A stretch of 64,000 nt of DNA, from positions 62,001-126,000 of the forward strand of contig NW_027590987.1 of the NCBI RefSeq assembly GCF_964213995.1, read 5' to 3'. The stretch's first letter is position 1. Every line of letters starts with the position of its first letter. The notes beneath the pieces were generated by a model that ran no database searches, was not told the origin of the DNA, and saw only the letters and a program-made list of their open reading frames with translations. This document shows, one piece after another, positions 62,667-64,000 of this stretch. A program made the position numbers and the translations under genes. Source of the DNA: Mustelus asterias (Eukaryota).

Positions 62667-63482
62667 AAAGAACAAAGAACAATACAGCACAGGAACAGGC
62701 CCTTTGGCCCTCCAAGCCCGCGCCGCTCCCTGGTCCAAACGAGACCATTCTTTTGTATCCCTCCATTCCCACTCCGTTCATGTGGCTATCTAGATAAGTC
62801 TTAAACGTTCCCAGTGTGTCCGCCTCCACCACCCTGCCTGGCAGCGCATTCCAGGCCCCCACCACCCTCTGTGTAAAATATGTCCTTCTGATATCCGTGT
62901 TAAACCCCCCCCCCGCCCTCACCTTGAACCTATGACCCCTCGTGAACGTCACCACCGACCTGGGGAAAAGCTTCCCAGCGTTCACCCTATCTATGCCTTT
63001 CATAATTTTATACACCTCTATTAGGTCACCCCTCATCCTCCGTCTTTCCAGTGAGAACAACCCCAGTTTACCCAATCTCTCCTCATAACTAAGCCCTTCC
63101 ATACCAGGCAACATCCTGGTAAACCTCCTCTGTACTCTCTCTAAAGCCTCCACGTCCTTCTGGTAGTGTGGCGACCAGAACTGGGCGCAGTATTCCAAAT
63201 GCGGCCGAACCAACGTTCTATACATCTGCAACATCAGACCCCAACTTTTATACTCTATGCCCCGTCCTATAAAGGCAAGCATGCCATATGCCTTCTTCAC
63301 CACCTTCTCCACCTGTGACGTCGCCTTCAAGGATCTGTGGACTTGCACACCCAGGTCCCTCTGCGTATCTACACCCTTTATGGTTCTGCCATTTATCGTA
63401 TAGCTCCTCCCTACATTATTCCTACCAAAATGCATCACTTCGCATTTATCAGGGTTGAACTCCACCTGCCATTTCTTTGCCC
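62667..63482 (-). mobile_element. Young CR1 3' fragment
   Basis: ORF 62650-63534 WAKKWQVEFNPDKC..FTQRVVGAWNALP; (AAGAACA)n tail. Confidence 0.95.
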
Positions 63483-64000
63483 AGGACGAGAAGGGGGGAT
63501 GTAATAACTGGAAATGAGAAAATGGCTGAGGCATTGAACAGGTATTTTGTGTCGGTCTTCACAGTGGAAGACACAAAGAACATGCCAAAAATTGATGACA
63601 GGAAGGCTATGGCAGGTGAGAACCTAGAAACTCTCATCACGAAAGAGGTAGTGTTGGGCAAGTTAATGGGGCGAAAGGTAGACAAGTCTCCTGGTCCTGA
63701 TGGAATGCATCCCAGGGTAATAAAAGAGATGGCGGGAGAAATAGCAAATGCACTAGCGGTAATTTACCAAAATCCGCTGGACTCTGGGGTGGTTCCTGCA
63801 GATTGAAAACAGCAAATGTGACGCCACTGTTTAAAAAAGGAGGTAGACAAAAGGCAGGTAACTATAGGCCGGTTAGCTTCACTTCTGTAGTAGGGAAAAT
63901 GCTTGAATCTATCATCAAGGAAGAAATAGCGAGACATCTGGATATAAATTGTCCCATTGATAAGACACAGCATGGGTTCATGAAGGACAGGTCATGTTTG
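63483..64000 (+). mobile_element. CR1 ORF2 fragment running off the window
   Basis: KSPGPDGMHPRVIKE and NYRPVS; internal stop at 63804. Confidence 0.92.

Overview
Eukaryotic genomic DNA, most likely a shark or ray, judged from the HE1/V-SINE-type tRNA SINEs, dense CR1 LINEs, Rex1/Babar and L2 fragments, and Penelope-type repeats. The window is a cluster of 12 tandem C2H2 zinc-finger (ZNF) loci with no recognisable KRAB, SCAN or BTB domain: 5 clean ATG-initiated ORFs, 2 open finger arrays lacking the usual ATG, and 5 disrupted copies. They are embedded in nested retroelements. Most loci sit head-to-head around GC-rich bidirectional promoters (NRF1, CCAAT, GC-box and YY1-type motifs) that have been duplicated as a unit. 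The most unusual signals are: (1) a 278-bp promoter/first-exon block that is identical or near-identical upstream of three quite different ZNF genes; (2) a stop codon at the same position in a fossil finger 39 nt before the MEKPWKC start; (3) an in-frame peptide [17 protein letters not shown] hidden behind the stop codon and made constitutive twice independently; (4) a 28-bp CRE (TGACGTCA) minisatellite with 5 versus 10 units in paralogous promoters; (5) a conserved GGAGGACC/GGTCCTCC palindrome between CCAAT boxes; (6) minimal hammerhead-like motifs in the Penelope inserts. All alignments were done by eye, boundaries of degenerate repeats are approximate, and family names are from recognition, not database searches.
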